DNA of 64,000 nt from positions 2,880,001 to 2,944,000 of the forward strand of contig OY776562.1 of NCBI GenBank assembly GCA_963675785.1, given 5' to 3'. The position numbers were made by a program, and so were the translations under genes. Origin of the DNA: Anaerolineae bacterium. Its GTDB lineage: Bacteria; Chloroflexota; Anaerolineae; UBA1429. Positions 41,468 through 50,841 of this stretch are shown here, piece by piece (position 1 is the stretch's first letter; each line of letters begins with the position of its first letter). The notes under the pieces were generated by a model, which worked only from the letters and a program-made list of their open reading frames with translations, did no database searches and was not told where the DNA came from.

Positions 41468-43105
41468 ATGAAGCGGAAGCGGCTTCAGTTGGGGATAGCT
41501 ATCGTCGGCGTCATTGCGGTGCTGGCGGTAGTTGTTTACTTGGCTTTTGGTTTTGATGCACAGCCAGTTGCGGATTATGGCGGAACCTATGTTGAAGGTG
41601 TCGTCGGTAATCCACGTTATATGAATCCGTTGCTCTGTCAGTCAAATTCGGTGGACTGCGACATTGTCGCACTTGTTTTTACCGGATTGACTACAGTGGG
41701 CAATGATGGCGTCATTGAGCCGGATCTGGCAGAGAGCTGGGACATTTCGACTGATAGCACGGTTTATACCTTTTACTTGCGGCAGGATGCCGTCTGGCAT
41801 GATGGCGCCCCGGTGACGGCTGCAGATGTCATCTATACCGTGAGTATTATGCAAGACTCCGAGTTTCAGGGAGATTCTTTCCTCTCAGAGATGTGGCAGA
41901 CGGTTGTTGTCGATCAGATCGATGAATACACTGTCAGGTTTACTCTGCGGGAACCGTTCTCACCTTTCCTTGAGCATACCACCATTGGCCTGTTGCCTTC
42001 CCACATTTTGGCTAACGTTTCTGCGTCTGAGCTTGGCGATTCTGCTTTTAATGCATCGCCAATAGGCACGGGACCTTTCAAGATGAGTCAGGTGAGCGCT
42101 ACTGAAGTTGAGTTGGTAGCCAATAGTGACTATTACAACCCTCGCCCATATTTGGATTCGATCGTGCTCAAGTTCTATTCGGATTATGCTTCGTTGCTAG
42201 AAGCGCGCGAGCGTGGCGAGATCGCCGGTATGTCTCGTGTTCAGCCTGAGCAGCTTGAAGCTGTGGCAAAAGACGATGACCTCACTCTTTATTCAGCGCC
42301 CCTTTCTGGCTACACCCTCGTCTATTTAAACCTGGATCGGCCTGCGTTCCAGGATCCAGCTGTGCGTCAGGCTTTGATGTATGCATTGGACCGCCAGGCC
42401 CTTGTGGATGATATTGTCTATGGGCAGGGGATTGTTATTGATACGCCAATCATGCCACATTCTTGGGCTTTTGATGATAATCTCGACACCTATAACTATA
42501 ACCAGAACAAAGCAATCAGTCTGTTGGAGCAATCGGGTTGGTTTGATGATGATGGAGATGGAATTCGCGAGCGGGGTACGACGCGCTTGCAGTTTATCCT
42601 CTCTACCAATGAAGATGATTCTGTGCGTGTGGCCATCGTTGATGCTATTGCTCGACAGTTGGCCGAAGTTGGCATTGCCGTCGTTCCTGATACGGTCAGT
42701 TGGACCACACTGGTTGATGAGATGCTTCGCCCACGGGCGTATGATGCTGTTTTGCTGGGCTGGCAGGATTTGCCGCCTGATCCCGATCCCTATCCTTACT
42801 GGCATTCGAGTCAGGCTACGCAGACGGGGCTGAACTTTGCCAACTATATCAGCTCGACAGCAGACGCTTTGTTGCAGCAAGCCAGGGCAACCACCGATCA
42901 GGATGAACGCTACGAGTTGTATCGTAGTTTTCAGGCTCTCTTTGTCGAAGATGTGCCTTCAGTGGTGCTTTATCAACCGGTGTATACCTATGCTGTCGAT
43001 TCTGGCGTCTATGGCGTACAGGTTGCACCTATGACGACAGGCTCCGATCGTTTTGCCAATGTAGCATCGTGGTACATGGCAACGCAGCGGTTGTTGGACG
43101 AATAG
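41468..43105 (+). CDS. Peptide/nickel ABC transporter substrate-binding protein (family 5)
   Basis: N-terminal TM anchor, PDLAESW, WHDG.PVTA.DV, PIGTGPF and VRQAL.YA.DR. Confidence 0.9.
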   Translation: MKRKRLQLGIAIVGVIAVLAVVVYLAFGFDAQPVADYGGTYVEGVVGNPRYMNPLLCQSNSVDCDIVALVFTGLTTVGNDGVIEPDLAESWDISTDSTVYTFYLRQDAVWHDGAPVTAADVIYTVSIMQDSEFQGDSFLSEMWQTVVVDQIDEYTVRFTLREPFSPFLEHTTIGLLPSHILANVSASELGDSAFNASPIGTGPFKMSQVSATEVELVANSDYYNPRPYLDSIVLKFYSDYASLLEARERGEIAGMSRVQPEQLEAVAKDDDLTLYSAPLSGYTLVYLNLDRPAFQDPAVRQALMYALDRQALVDDIVYGQGIVIDTPIMPHSWAFDDNLDTYNYNQNKAISLLEQSGWFDDDGDGIRERGTTRLQFILSTNEDDSVRVAIVDAIARQLAEVGIAVVPDTVSWTTLVDEMLRPRAYDAVLLGWQDLPPDPDPYPYWHSSQATQTGLNFANYISSTADALLQQARATTDQDERYELYRSFQALFVEDVPSVVLYQPVYTYAVDSGVYGVQVAPMTTGSDRFANVASWYMATQRLLDE

Positions 43106-43122
43106 CTCTGTGCGACTTTGTT

Positions 43123-43151
43123 TTGACAAGCTGGGGCCCTGGTGGTATCAT
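43123..43151 (+). promoter_or_regulatory. Promoter of tRNA-Leu
   Basis: TTGACA-17 bp-TATCAT with an extended TG, 11 nt before the tRNA. Confidence 0.8.
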
Positions 43152-43162
43152 GCCCTCTGTTA

Positions 43163-43246
43163 GCCGAGGTGGCGGAACCGGCAGACGCGCCACGTTCAGG
43201 GCGTGGTGGATATAGATCCATAAGGGTTCAAATCCCTTCCTCGGCA
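43163..43246 (+). tRNA. tRNA-Leu(CAG)
   Basis: Acceptor GCCGAGG/CCTCGGC, anticodon arm CCACG-TTCAGGG-CGTGG, long variable arm, T-loop TTCAAAT. CCA not encoded. Confidence 0.95.
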
Positions 43247-43249
43247 CCT

Positions 43250-43280
43250 GACCCCAGTCTAAATTGACTGGGGTCTTTTT
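43250..43280 (+). terminator. Intrinsic terminator after tRNA-Leu
   Basis: GACCCCAGTC-TAAATT-GACTGGGGTC followed by T5. Confidence 0.85.
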
Positions 43281-43303
43281 GTTGCAATTGATTAGGAGCG
43301 GAG

Positions 43304-44707
43304 ATGCGTATAGAGAGAGATTCACTCGGTGAAGTTCGCGTGCCCAACGAGGCCCTTTGGGGAGCGCAAACACAGCGTGCTCTTGTCAATTTCCCTATCA
43401 GCGGTCTTCAGCAGCCCGATGTGTACATTTGGGCCAGTGCTCTGGTTAAGCGGGCGGCAGCTCTGGTCAACGTCTCTCTCGGTCATCTGGATGCTGCTCA
43501 AGGCGCGGCTATAGCCGAGGTTGCAGGCGAGATCATGGATGGCAAATGGCGCGACCAGTTTGTGGTAGATCCTTTTCAAGCTGGTGCGGGTACGTCTCAC
43601 AACATGAACGTGAACGAGGTCATTGCCAATTTGGCTAATGAACGCCTTGGTGGTCAGCGAGGCCTCTATAAACCTGTAACTCCCAACGATCAGGTCAACA
43701 TGGCTCAGTCGACCAACGATTATATTCCCACAGTGATCCGTGTGGCTGCAACCCAGCAAACAACACAACTTTTGCGGGCTGCCGAGGACTTGGCGCTGGA
43801 ATTGGAGGCTCGCGCGGCGGATTTTGGCGACATTCTCAAGTCGGGCCGTACACATTTGCAGGATGCTGTGCCGGTTCGGCTTGGCCAGGAATTTGGTGCT
43901 TATGCCCTGGCGGTAAGGCATGATATGGAGAGAATTAAAGCCGCTGGCGAGCATGTACGTCGTTTGGGTATTGGAGGCACTGCCACTGGCACCGGTCTGA
44001 ACTCGGATCCCCGTTACCATGCTGCCATGCTGGAAGCCATCAGTGGACTGAGCGGATTCCCGTTTGTCAGTAATGGCAATCTCTTTGAATCCATGCAAAA
44101 TCAGGCCGATCTCGTCGATTTCTCGGCAGCCTTGCGTACGCTGGCGGTGACTCTGACACGCATCGCCAATGATTTTCGTCTGTTGAGCTCTGGTCCCACT
44201 ACGGGTCTGGCCGAGATTGTATTACCGGCAGTACAGCCCGGCTCTTCTATTATGCCCGGTAAGGTCAACCCTGTTATGGCAGAGATGCTCAACATGATCT
44301 GCTACCATGTCATGGGTAACGATCAAACCATGATGATGTGTGGTCAGGCGGGACAGCTCGAGCTCAATGTGATGATGCCCATTATGGCCTATAATTTGCT
44401 GCAATCACTGCAAATCTTGGCCAATGGCATACAGGCTTTTACCGTGCGCTGCGTGGCTGGTTTATCGGCCAATAGAGAACGCTGCCAGGCTTATGCGGAA
44501 AGGAGCATGGGGTTGGCCACGGCACTCAACCCTTATATCGGTTATCTGGCGGCGGCTGAAGTGGCTAAAGAGTCCTTTTCTCGGGGAGTTTCGCTACGCC
44601 AAGTAGTGTTGGAAAAGGGTTATCTGACTGAGGATGAGCTCGATCGCATTTTGGACGCACGAGCGATGACTGAGCCTGGTATTCCTGGCCAAAGAGATAC
44701 GAACTAG
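43304..44707 (+). CDS. Aspartate ammonia-lyase / class II fumarase family
   Basis: RIERDSLG, QAGAGTS.NMN.NE, QSTND, GRTHLQDA and GSSIMPGKVNP. Confidence 0.9.
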   Translation: MRIERDSLGEVRVPNEALWGAQTQRALVNFPISGLQQPDVYIWASALVKRAAALVNVSLGHLDAAQGAAIAEVAGEIMDGKWRDQFVVDPFQAGAGTSHNMNVNEVIANLANERLGGQRGLYKPVTPNDQVNMAQSTNDYIPTVIRVAATQQTTQLLRAAEDLALELEARAADFGDILKSGRTHLQDAVPVRLGQEFGAYALAVRHDMERIKAAGEHVRRLGIGGTATGTGLNSDPRYHAAMLEAISGLSGFPFVSNGNLFESMQNQADLVDFSAALRTLAVTLTRIANDFRLLSSGPTTGLAEIVLPAVQPGSSIMPGKVNPVMAEMLNMICYHVMGNDQTMMMCGQAGQLELNVMMPIMAYNLLQSLQILANGIQAFTVRCVAGLSANRERCQAYAERSMGLATALNPYIGYLAAAEVAKESFSRGVSLRQVVLEKGYLTEDELDRILDARAMTEPGIPGQRDTN

Positions 44708-45767
44708 CCTCTATATGGCCAGCCTATGGCCTGTAGGATGCGTCTAGTAACACCCGTTAGACCGTACTGAGCTAGGTCATCGGCTGCAACAAAGACTGCT
44801 TTATCCCATGATGTATCGGGCGAGGGCGTGCCGCTGATAGTGCAAGGTAGAACAGCTACATCGACGGTAAAATGAGTGTAGGCATGGCGAATGTGGGCTG
44901 CTCTTGGTTCAGCTTGGCTCTGCAGCTTGAGGTCGGTTTGCAATAGACGTTCTACGCTGCTCTGGTCGGATTCGCCTGCCAGCGGTTCACTGTTGGGTAC
45001 TTCCCACAGGCCACCCAAAAGGCCTTTTGGAATACGTCTGACCAGCAACAAACGGTCGTCCATGATACAAAAGGCTGCAGCCAGATGGTGATGCGGCGGT
45101 TTGACACGTGCAGGCTTGACGGGCCTATCTTCGATAGTGCCGTGCTCAAGAGCCAGGCATTGCTCTGCCAGGGGCAAACATCACACAAGGGTGAATGGGG
45201 TGTACAAATCGTTGCCCCTAATTCCATCATGGCCTGGTTGAAATCTCCCGGACGTTCGTTGTTGAGCAATTCTTGAGCCAGACGGGCAATTTTGTTCTTG
45301 GTGGCTGCACGGGTGACATCGTCGCTCAAATCGTAGAGGCGGCTTAGCACGCGGATGACGTTTCCGTCAACAACGGCAATGGGTTCACCAAAGGCAATGC
45401 TGGCGATGGCAGCAGAAGTATAGGCGCCAATGCCGGGGAGCTTGCGTAAAGCGGCTGCTGTATGCGGAATGACGTTTCCCAGTTCATCTTTGATGATCCC
45501 GGCGGCATGATGCAAGCTTCGAGCTCGGCTATAGTAGCCAAGGCCCTGCCAGAGGGCCAGTACCTGATCGAGGTTAGCCTCTGCCAGAGTTGTTATGGTG
45601 GGAAAGGTTATCATCCAGCGTTGATAATAGCCGATGACCGTAGCCACCTGAGTTTGTTGGAGCATGATCTCAGATACCCAAATGGCATACGGATCACGTG
45701 TATGCCTCCAGGGCAGCTCACGCCGATTGCAATCGTACCATGTAAGGAGCGCTTTGCTTGTATTCAT
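44704..45767 (-). pseudogene. mutY: A/G-specific adenine glycosylase MutY, split by a 1-nt frameshift at 45171-45174
   Basis: The 5' frame has WVSEIMLQQT, GLGYYSRA, LPGIG.YT, VDGNV.RV and CTPHSPLCDVCP. The continuation LAEQCLA...GLLGGLWEVP...HAYTHF is in another frame. Confidence 0.85.
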
Positions 45768-45780
45768 GGACCTCTGTACA

Positions 45781-45809
45781 AACGGGGGCCATTGGACGTA
45801 GCCCCCGTT
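45781..45809. other. GC-rich inverted repeat between mutY and the small ORF
   Basis: AACGGGGGC-N11-GCCCCCGTT. Confidence 0.6.
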
Positions 45810-45850
45810 GTAGTTAAAATATTGTTACAGGGTAGAAAAGGAGTGCCTAA

Positions 45851-46003
45851 ATGTATACGACTCTAATGCAGCTCTACTTTGAGGTAGCTGAAACCCCCAT
45901 AGACTTTATCGGTCTGATTATTTTGCTGATGGCTTCGTGGGCATTGATTGTCAGTGTCATCATGGATATATCCATCCGAATTTTTGACCGGCCCATCGAC
46001 TAG
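45851..46003 (+). CDS. Small 50-aa single-pass membrane protein (absent from the ORF track)
   Basis: AAAAGGAG SD 7 nt before ATG. MYTTLMQLYFEVAETPIDFIGLIILLMASWALIVSVIMDISIRIFDRPID. Stop overlaps the hom stop in CTAG. Confidence 0.65.
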   Translation: MYTTLMQLYFEVAETPIDFIGLIILLMASWALIVSVIMDISIRIFDRPID

Positions 46004-47031
46004 CGCGATACGTTAATCATGTCGCGTAATACAGCGGCAGAGGTTGGTACAGGCCCCTTTTCCTCTATCACCGCACTAATGATGCCCATGTAATCCGTGT
46101 AATAAACCACGCCCATATCCCACATGCCCGTTCGCGCCAGAGGATGATCGGCTGGCAGACTTGTTGGCTTGACACTGAGACAATAATCATTCCCCTTGAG
46201 TTCGGCAAGGGCAATGAGTTTGATCACTTGACCATTGGCCTTGGCCTCTAGCATATCTTGCAGCGTTACCCCACGTATGCCTTCTACGGATAAGTCATCC
46301 AACTTGGTCGAGCGTTTGAGTACGCTGTTGGCGATGATGACTAGTTTGTTGGCGGCATCCCAACCGTCTACATCCAGTGTGGGATCAGCTTCGGCTATGC
46401 CGGCCTGCTGGGCTCCCCGCACAGCTTCTTCATAGGATATGCGCTCATCCAACATACGTGTAAGAATATAGTTCGTGGTGCCGTTGAAAATGCCCTCGAC
46501 GCGTGTAACAGCTGAACCAGCCAGGTCACGCATACCGATGTTGACGGTGGGCAATCCTCCCGCTACAGTACCGCTAAAGGCAAAGTGTACATTCTGGGCA
46601 TTGGCAGCCTGCAAGAGTTCATCATAAGCCAGAACAAGGGGCCCTTTATTGGCTGCAACGATCTGCCAGCCCTTTTCTATGGCTCTGTGGCAGCAACTCA
46701 AGCCCGGTTCACCATCTTTTAGATTAGTTGGCGAAGCATCGATTAAAATGGCGGCATCGATAATCTCGATCAATTCGTTAGCCAGTACGCCGGGTTTGCC
46801 GACATTGGGATAGTTGGCTATACCTTGGCGAGCTAACTTTAGGGCAACACACGTTTCCAGATTGAGTCCTTGCGCGGACCATGCAGCCCCTGATGAATCG
46901 GCTGCGCCCACCAGTATGAATTTGAGATCATATTCGTTTTCAATAGCGGCAGTTCGGTGTGTTAGAATATCCAACAAATTACGCCCGATATTACCCAGAC
47001 CGATCAAGCAAAAAGGAATTTCGCGGCTCAA
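46000..47031 (-). CDS. hom: Homoserine dehydrogenase (no ACT domain)
   Basis: GLGNIG, AANKGP, VAGGLP, GIFNGTTNYIL and AEADPTLDVDGWDAANK. TTG start after GAGGAGG. Confidence 0.9.
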   Translation of the reverse strand: MSREIPFCLIGLGNIGRNLLDILTHRTAAIENEYDLKFILVGAADSSGAAWSAQGLNLETCVALKLARQGIANYPNVGKPGVLANELIEIIDAAILIDASPTNLKDGEPGLSCCHRAIEKGWQIVAANKGPLVLAYDELLQAANAQNVHFAFSGTVAGGLPTVNIGMRDLAGSAVTRVEGIFNGTTNYILTRMLDERISYEEAVRGAQQAGIAEADPTLDVDGWDAANKLVIIANSVLKRSTKLDDLSVEGIRGVTLQDMLEAKANGQVIKLIALAELKGNDYCLSVKPTSLPADHPLARTGMWDMGVVYYTDYMGIISAVIEEKGPVPTSAAVLRDMINVSR

Positions 47032-47107
47032 ATGGTGCCTCCTCTGATGCACTAACGGCTGCTTTGCGTAAGTCTAGCACAAAGAACCATGTGCACCAAT
47101 CATCAAA

Positions 47108-48466
47108 ATGGAGACTGCCTTGGATCTCTCTCTTCTCATTACCCTACTGGTCATCTTTGTCGTTACGCTTGTCGGCTCGGCTCTTTCTCGGCTCAAAAGG
47201 GATCGTTGTTTAGCTGATTTCGATGATTATTGGGTTGTTATCGAACGGCTGTCTGCTCTGCCCGTATACGGACGCATGTCTTTATTTTCTACGGGCCTTG
47301 AGCTGCTCTACGAAACACCTTCTCTCGATGACCAACTGCATATTGAGGGATCCTTTGTCTTTTACAGTGCGGAATTTGCTAGTGTCACCGGTATTTATCG
47401 CTATGTGGATGATCTGACAGCGGATAAGCGTGATGAGCGGCAGCGTGCGTGGATACGTGCCTTTAACGGTTCCTTTTGGATTCGCTCCAAGCGCAATACC
47501 AGCAACTTTGTGGCTACGGCAACGGATTCTCTGACCAATGCGTTGAATTTGGTGGTAGGCCAAACTACAGCCAAAGCCCAACAAGAAGAACTTTTGTTAG
47601 CTCAGGGTGAGACCGAGATCAAGGGTCTTACCAAACAAATGCTGGGATACGTGGGCAACAAGTTTGACCCTCTTTTAGAGCGCATGGTGGGCCAATTGGT
47701 GGTACTCCAGGTTACAATGGATAACCTCACTACCGAGTACGTGGGTATTCTCAAGGATTATTCCACCGACTTTGTCGAGTTGCTTGATTGTTATATTCCT
47801 GAAGAAATGAGTGTTATCGTAGAACGCGATGGAACTGTGCATCGCTCCTCTCCACAGGCCACACCACGCATCATCGGCGCTGGCAATTCTTGGCTAGGAG
47901 GCGTCGATATCTCTTTTGGGCAGGACCACCTTACGATTACAAACACAGCGGACCGCCCCTTTATCCTTAACACATTGACCGTGAGCGGAAACGAAAAAGA
48001 TGTCATGGCCATGATTGATGCGGGTAAATCTGTTGAACTAGAGATTTCCGGGTACCCGCAGTCTGTAGGGCTCTGCCTGTATGTCATGCTTCGCTATGAT
48101 ATGATCATTCCCCGAAGAATGGCCCTGGTTCGGCATCGCGCAGCGCGCTTTTCCTCTCAGCACGTTTTTGGATATCCGATTGTTGCATTGTCTCCTGTTC
48201 ATTCTCCAGAAAGGGAAGAAAGCCTAAGGCAAAAACTGGCCAACAAGCCGGATGATGCCCAGACAGCGATGGCTTTGGCCATGATGTTGATTGCCCGCAA
48301 AGAATCGTACGAGGCTGAGCGGTGGTTGGATATGGCCCTAAAGCGGCGAGACCAGCTTGTCGATGATGGCGTGTATGCAGAACTCTTATTGGACTATGTT
48401 CATTCCGAGATCAAACGGATCACGCTGTTCACAGAGAGGACGTGTCAGACTCAACAGAGGGTATGA
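47108..48466 (+). CDS. Hypothetical membrane-anchored protein with C-terminal TPR-like helices
   Basis: 452-aa ORF with an N-terminal hydrophobic helix and a C-terminal PDDAQTAMALA..YEAERWL..AL pattern. Confidence 0.7.
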   Translation: METALDLSLLITLLVIFVVTLVGSALSRLKRDRCLADFDDYWVVIERLSALPVYGRMSLFSTGLELLYETPSLDDQLHIEGSFVFYSAEFASVTGIYRYVDDLTADKRDERQRAWIRAFNGSFWIRSKRNTSNFVATATDSLTNALNLVVGQTTAKAQQEELLLAQGETEIKGLTKQMLGYVGNKFDPLLERMVGQLVVLQVTMDNLTTEYVGILKDYSTDFVELLDCYIPEEMSVIVERDGTVHRSSPQATPRIIGAGNSWLGGVDISFGQDHLTITNTADRPFILNTLTVSGNEKDVMAMIDAGKSVELEISGYPQSVGLCLYVMLRYDMIIPRRMALVRHRAARFSSQHVFGYPIVALSPVHSPEREESLRQKLANKPDDAQTAMALAMMLIARKESYEAERWLDMALKRRDQLVDDGVYAELLLDYVHSEIKRITLFTERTCQTQQRV

Positions 48467-50732
48467 CGATTTCGATAGTTCCTTCTAAATCAGTACGTCG
48501 TATGTCAATTCCAGCCTCAACCAAGCGTGCCAGGCATTCCTGTGAGGGATGCCCGTAGCGGTTGTCAAAACCCACACTGATGATCGCCAGTTCGGGTGAA
48601 ACGACATCAAGAAAAGCTTCGCCTGAGGCGGTGCCTGCCCCATGGTGTGAAACTTTGAGGATATCTGCATCCAAAGTGTCGCATCCAGCCAACAAAATGC
48701 TCTCCGCCGTCATGTCGATATCGGCTGTAAAAAGTGTCGACACACCCGCGTCGAGCTGGGCAACGATAGAATAACGGTTTTCGTCGAGATCGCCTCTCGC
48801 TTCCGTTAGTGATGGATGCAGAATCGACAGATGGAGACTGTCACCTATTTCGAGTTCTTGCCCTCGGTGTGCCTGCACGATAGGCGTCTCTCTTCCCTCT
48901 AGTGCCTCGTGCCAACGTTCTACCAGCGCCGTTTCGCCCATCACTGGCGATTCAATGGCCAGGCCTATGTCATATCGTTCCGCAAGGGGCACTAGTCCTG
49001 TTAGGTGGTCTCCATCGGCGTGGGTGGCGAGGACGCAATCAATGTTGCGCTGCCAGTAGGGCAGCGTTTCGCCAATTCGTGCGGCCAACAAAGCCGGGTC
49101 GGCGCCACCATCGATGAGGATCGTTCTGCCGCCTGGAGATACAACCAGTGCTGCGTCGCCCTGGCCCACATCGAAAAAGTAGATATGGGTGCTGCCATCG
49201 GGCAATCGTGAGGTGATGGCGACTAGTGCCAAGGCCGTTAACCCGAGCATGGCTACCCAGTTAGGCAATCGCAGCCCAGAATTTGTGGATTCGTCATGTG
49301 GCTGGCGCTGCCGCCGCCAGATGAACAGACCAATGAGTGCATAGATACCCAAAATCCACCAGAGACTGGCTTGTGGCAGGGTGATGAGCGACCAACTGGG
49401 CGTGGCCAGCGCTTCAACGACTTGATTGGTGTAGCGTAATAGCGGCCATACCAAAGCCGCACCAAGCTGCCCCAGTGGCAGCCAAAACATGCCTAGAAGC
49501 GTCATGCACCCGCCAAGAATGAGAATGGCTGGTTGTGCCCACAAAACTAGAATATTGGCGGGTAGAGCGATTAGGGAAAGCTCACCAAAGTGATACCAAG
49601 CGATGGGCAAGGTCATCAATTGAGCCACCAATGTGCTGAGCACCAGGTCTCGAAAGGTGCTAAAGGCATTGCCTTGTAAGGCCAAGCGGTTGGCGATAGC
49701 GGGTTCGATGAAAATCAGCCCTGCGCTGGCTGCAAAGGAAAGCTGAAAACTCACATTCCACAGGATTCGTGGCGAGATCAGCATCATAAGCAGAGTAGCA
49801 GCAGCCAGGCTAGTGGGCGTGTGGCTTTTGCGGCCAGAGAGTTGAGCGATGATCGTCAAAGCGCCCATGATGGCCGCGCGCGTGACGGGCGGCGACCAGC
49901 CCACGAACAAGGCAAACAGCAAAATCGTTGCCAACGAGACCCACAAACCAAGTTGTTTTCCCAATCTGCTGGAGGCCATCATCATAGCTTGGGCGATGAG
50001 ACTGATATTGAACCCCGAGATGACGATGATGTGCGACAAGCCCGTGCTGCGATAAGCTTCTTGTAGATAATCGGGCAGGGTGTGGTCCTGTCCCAAGAGG
50101 ATGCCCACGAGTAAACCGGATTCAGGGTCGGGCAATAGGCGTTCGACGGTGCTGCGCAATGCTTGTTTTATGCCTAGCAGCCATCGATAAAAGCTCGATT
50201 GTTCTTTCATCAAGGTAATATCGCCAGAAATGAGCGAATAAATCTTGCGATCCGCTAGATAATCCTTGTATGAGAAATCACCTTCTTCCGGTGGTTCTTC
50301 GATACTGCCAGAGATGGATAATCTATCGCCGTATTCAAAGCGGGGATAGATAGGTGCGCTCAGTAGGGCATAGCCACTGACAGACTGCCATTCACCGTCT
50401 ATCTCGACACGCTCCACGGATAAAACGAGCTGGAATCTCGTACTACGGCGATCCGGTTCCTCGCAAACCAACCCTTCGATGATGGCGTTACGAGTACCAT
50501 TATAGGTAGCGATGTCAGTTTCGTCGGGGCCGATGGGTTCGAGGGCATATCTCAGCATGCCAGCAGCCAGGATGGCGCAGCAGAGCGCAGCGCCTCTCTG
50601 GGGGTTTTTGAGCACAAATGAAAGCAGCACACAACCAGTCAGCACAACCAGGCAAAACCCTGTGCTTAGCCCCAAGGCGGCACATACCAGCGTGCCTACA
50701 ACCCATAGCAGACAGCCATAAATTAATCTCAT
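48429..50732 (-). CDS. comEC: DNA uptake channel ComEC/Rec2
   Basis: OB domain, GLSHIIVISGFN, SFQLSF, DVGQGD, THADGDH, KVSHHG and N.YGHP. Confidence 0.95.
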   Translation of the reverse strand: MRLIYGCLLWVVGTLVCAALGLSTGFCLVVLTGCVLLSFVLKNPQRGAALCCAILAAGMLRYALEPIGPDETDIATYNGTRNAIIEGLVCEEPDRRSTRFQLVLSVERVEIDGEWQSVSGYALLSAPIYPRFEYGDRLSISGSIEEPPEEGDFSYKDYLADRKIYSLISGDITLMKEQSSFYRWLLGIKQALRSTVERLLPDPESGLLVGILLGQDHTLPDYLQEAYRSTGLSHIIVISGFNISLIAQAMMMASSRLGKQLGLWVSLATILLFALFVGWSPPVTRAAIMGALTIIAQLSGRKSHTPTSLAAATLLMMLISPRILWNVSFQLSFAASAGLIFIEPAIANRLALQGNAFSTFRDLVLSTLVAQLMTLPIAWYHFGELSLIALPANILVLWAQPAILILGGCMTLLGMFWLPLGQLGAALVWPLLRYTNQVVEALATPSWSLITLPQASLWWILGIYALIGLFIWRRQRQPHDESTNSGLRLPNWVAMLGLTALALVAITSRLPDGSTHIYFFDVGQGDAALVVSPGGRTILIDGGADPALLAARIGETLPYWQRNIDCVLATHADGDHLTGLVPLAERYDIGLAIESPVMGETALVERWHEALEGRETPIVQAHRGQELEIGDSLHLSILHPSLTEARGDLDENRYSIVAQLDAGVSTLFTADIDMTAESILLAGCDTLDADILKVSHHGAGTASGEAFLDVVSPELAIISVGFDNRYGHPSQECLARLVEAGIDIRRTDLEGTIEIVIPSVESDTSSL

Positions 50733-50802
50733 AGACTCCACCGTCTCTGCTGCCGGGCATTGTACCGTGTTAGGCTATCCCTTGTCGACTTGTTTTGGAT
50801 AC

Positions 50803-50831
50803 TTGGCTGACAAATGCCCTGGTGCTATCAT
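50803..50831 (+). promoter_or_regulatory. Promoter of mtaB (near-leaderless)
   Basis: TTGGCT-17 bp-TATCAT with an extended TG, 10 nt before ATG 50842. Confidence 0.6.
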
Positions 50832-50841
50832 TTCTGACGAT

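Noticed and set aside
43163-43300. tRNA genes (here and at 57441-57612) as integration sites
   Set aside because: No integrase, no duplicated tRNA 3' end and no foreign-looking cargo in the window.
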